The notes beneath the pieces are model-generated. The model was not told the origin of the DNA, did no database searches, and was given only the letters and a program-made list of their open reading frames with translations. The position numbers were made by a program, and so were the translations under genes. 64,000 nt of DNA, taken from Halarcobacter sp. Its GTDB lineage: Bacteria > Campylobacterota > Campylobacteria > Campylobacterales > Arcobacteraceae. The stretch lies in contig OY781089.1 in assembly GCA_963676565.1 (NCBI GenBank), forward strand, positions 992,001-1,056,000. Reading direction: 5' to 3'. Shown in pieces: positions 62,643-64,000 of the stretch (the first letter of the stretch is position 1; each line of letters begins with the position of its first letter).

Positions 62643-64000
62643 CTTACACTTAAAGAATCAAAAACTTTTAGTATATCCAACTTCAAGAGCAATTAGAGAG
62701 TATGTAAACTCACAAAAAGAGTTTGATACTCTGTTGCCTTCAATCATAACTATAGATGAACTTTTTAAAAAATCTTTATTTTTTGATAATTTAAAATTAA
62801 TAGATGAAGAGGAAAGATTTCTTTTTTTAAAAAAAGCTGTTCAAAATATAGATTTAAATCAAATTGGTATCTCTAGTACCTTTACCCATTTTATAAAACA
62901 AAGTGATTATATATATAGATTTTTTTTAGAATTAGCAAGTGAGGGTGTTGATATTGATACAATCTCAACTTCCGATACCTATGGCTTTTATTCTGAACAT
63001 TTACAATTACTAAAACAAATACAAAAAAACTATTTAAATATATTGGAAGAAAATAGGGCTATTGATAGATTAAATATTTCAAAATTCTATAACATAAATG
63101 AAGATTTTTTAGATAGATATCAATCAATAGATTTAGTTTTTGAAGGGTATTTTACATCTTTTGAGTTTGAGCTTATAAAAAGTATTTCTAAAAAAGTAAA
63201 TCTTAATATTGAATTTATTTATAATAAATTTAACAAAAAATCAATTGAGAAATTTATTAATTATGGTTTTGATTTGGAACTTAATCACAAATATAAAATC
63301 GATTTTTCAAATAATAAAATTTTAGAAAAAACCAAACTTCTATCAAAATATGAAAGTCTTGAGATAAAAGGTTTTGCTTCAAGAATTAATCAAATTGCAT
63401 TTATAAAAAAGTCAATTGTCACTTTAGTTCAAAAAGGAATTGAGCCATCAAAAATAGCTTTAATACTTCCCGATGAATCATTCGCATCTACCATATCACT
63501 TTTTGATAAAGAAAACTATTTTAACTATGCTATGGGTTTAAATATATATACTACAAATTTATATAAAACAATAGATGCAATTAATTTATATATAAATGAA
63601 GATGAGATAAAGAATATAAAAAATCTTGAGTTTTTAGGTTTAGATATAAATGAAATAGATAAGCTATTTAAAAATAATTGGAACAAAAATCTTACAATAG
63701 AAATATTTGAGAATATTGTTGGATTTTTCATTTCAAAGGAAACAAATAAAGAACTATTAGAAAAGTTCAATGAATCAATTTATAAATTATATAAACTCTT
63801 TTTTACAATAAATGAAAAAATCCTATTAAAAGAAGCATATAAAATATTTAGTCAAAAAATAAGTGAAATTTCTCTTGATGATATAAACTCTGGAAAAATT
63901 ACAGTTATGGGATTACTTGAAAGTAGAAATATAAAATTTGATGCAGTTATAATTTGTGATTTTAATGAAAGTTTAATACCAAAAAGAAGTGTAAAGGATA
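62632..64000 (+). CDS. addB: AddB/RexB-like nuclease-helicase subunit (partial, runs off the window)
   Basis: Frame from ATG 62632: VYPTSRAIR ... IALILPDE ... VMGLLESR..FDAVIICDFNE; follows fixH as in Campylobacterota. Confidence 0.75.
   Translation, partial: MQDNLHLKNQKLLVYPTSRAIREYVNSQKEFDTLLPSIITIDELFKKSLFFDNLKLIDEEERFLFLKKAVQNIDLNQIGISSTFTHFIKQSDYIYRFFLELASEGVDIDTISTSDTYGFYSEHLQLLKQIQKNYLNILEENRAIDRLNISKFYNINEDFLDRYQSIDLVFEGYFTSFEFELIKSISKKVNLNIEFIYNKFNKKSIEKFINYGFDLELNHKYKIDFSNNKILEKTKLLSKYESLEIKGFASRINQIAFIKKSIVTLVQKGIEPSKIALILPDESFASTISLFDKENYFNYAMGLNIYTTNLYKTIDAINLYINEDEIKNIKNLEFLGLDINEIDKLFKNNWNKNLTIEIFENIVGFFISKETNKELLEKFNESIYKLYKLFFTINEKILLKEAYKIFSQKISEISLDDINSGKITVMGLLESRNIKFDAVIICDFNESLIPKRSVKD

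Noticed and set aside
4034..63770. Many 60-155 aa ORFs antisense to or out of frame within long genes (e.g. 4034-4447, 20116-20301, 29513-29845, 30698-31165, 56597-56941, 63525-63770)
   Set aside because: Shadow ORFs overlapping well-supported genes; no recognisable motifs

Overview
Very AT-rich bacterial chromosome segment. Gene content and synteny point to Campylobacterota, most likely Arcobacteraceae (inference). Core blocks: rsfS-nadD / pgk-tpiA-fabI-lysA-pheA-hisC-dxs; maf...alaS-trxA-trxA; trxB-dapB-purF; uvrD-truB-ispE-smpB; ccoNOQP-DUF4006-small ORF-fixH-addB (partial). Two accessory-looking blocks interrupt them. (1) 9.2-24.9 kb: a Tad/Flp pilus operon in unusual gene order. Its three pilin-like proteins share a non-canonical K-[G/A]|x-x-[D/E] motif. 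It also encodes a 797-aa Ig/cadherin-repeat adhesin and a CpaB with a putative SH3b tail, and it abuts a glycosylation cassette (GT-C, FAD oxidoreductase, O-antigen-ligase family protein, GtrA flippase). (2) 33.2-48.1 kb, between trxA and trxB: DASS transporter, two-component system, Lol-like ABC system, frdCAB-fumarase and an Ala/Gly symporter. A GTCAC-N6-GTCAC-like box lies upstream of the DASS gene, frdC and ccoN. No rRNA, tRNA, CRISPR array, integrase or transposase was seen. All family assignments are by motif recognition; no database search was run.
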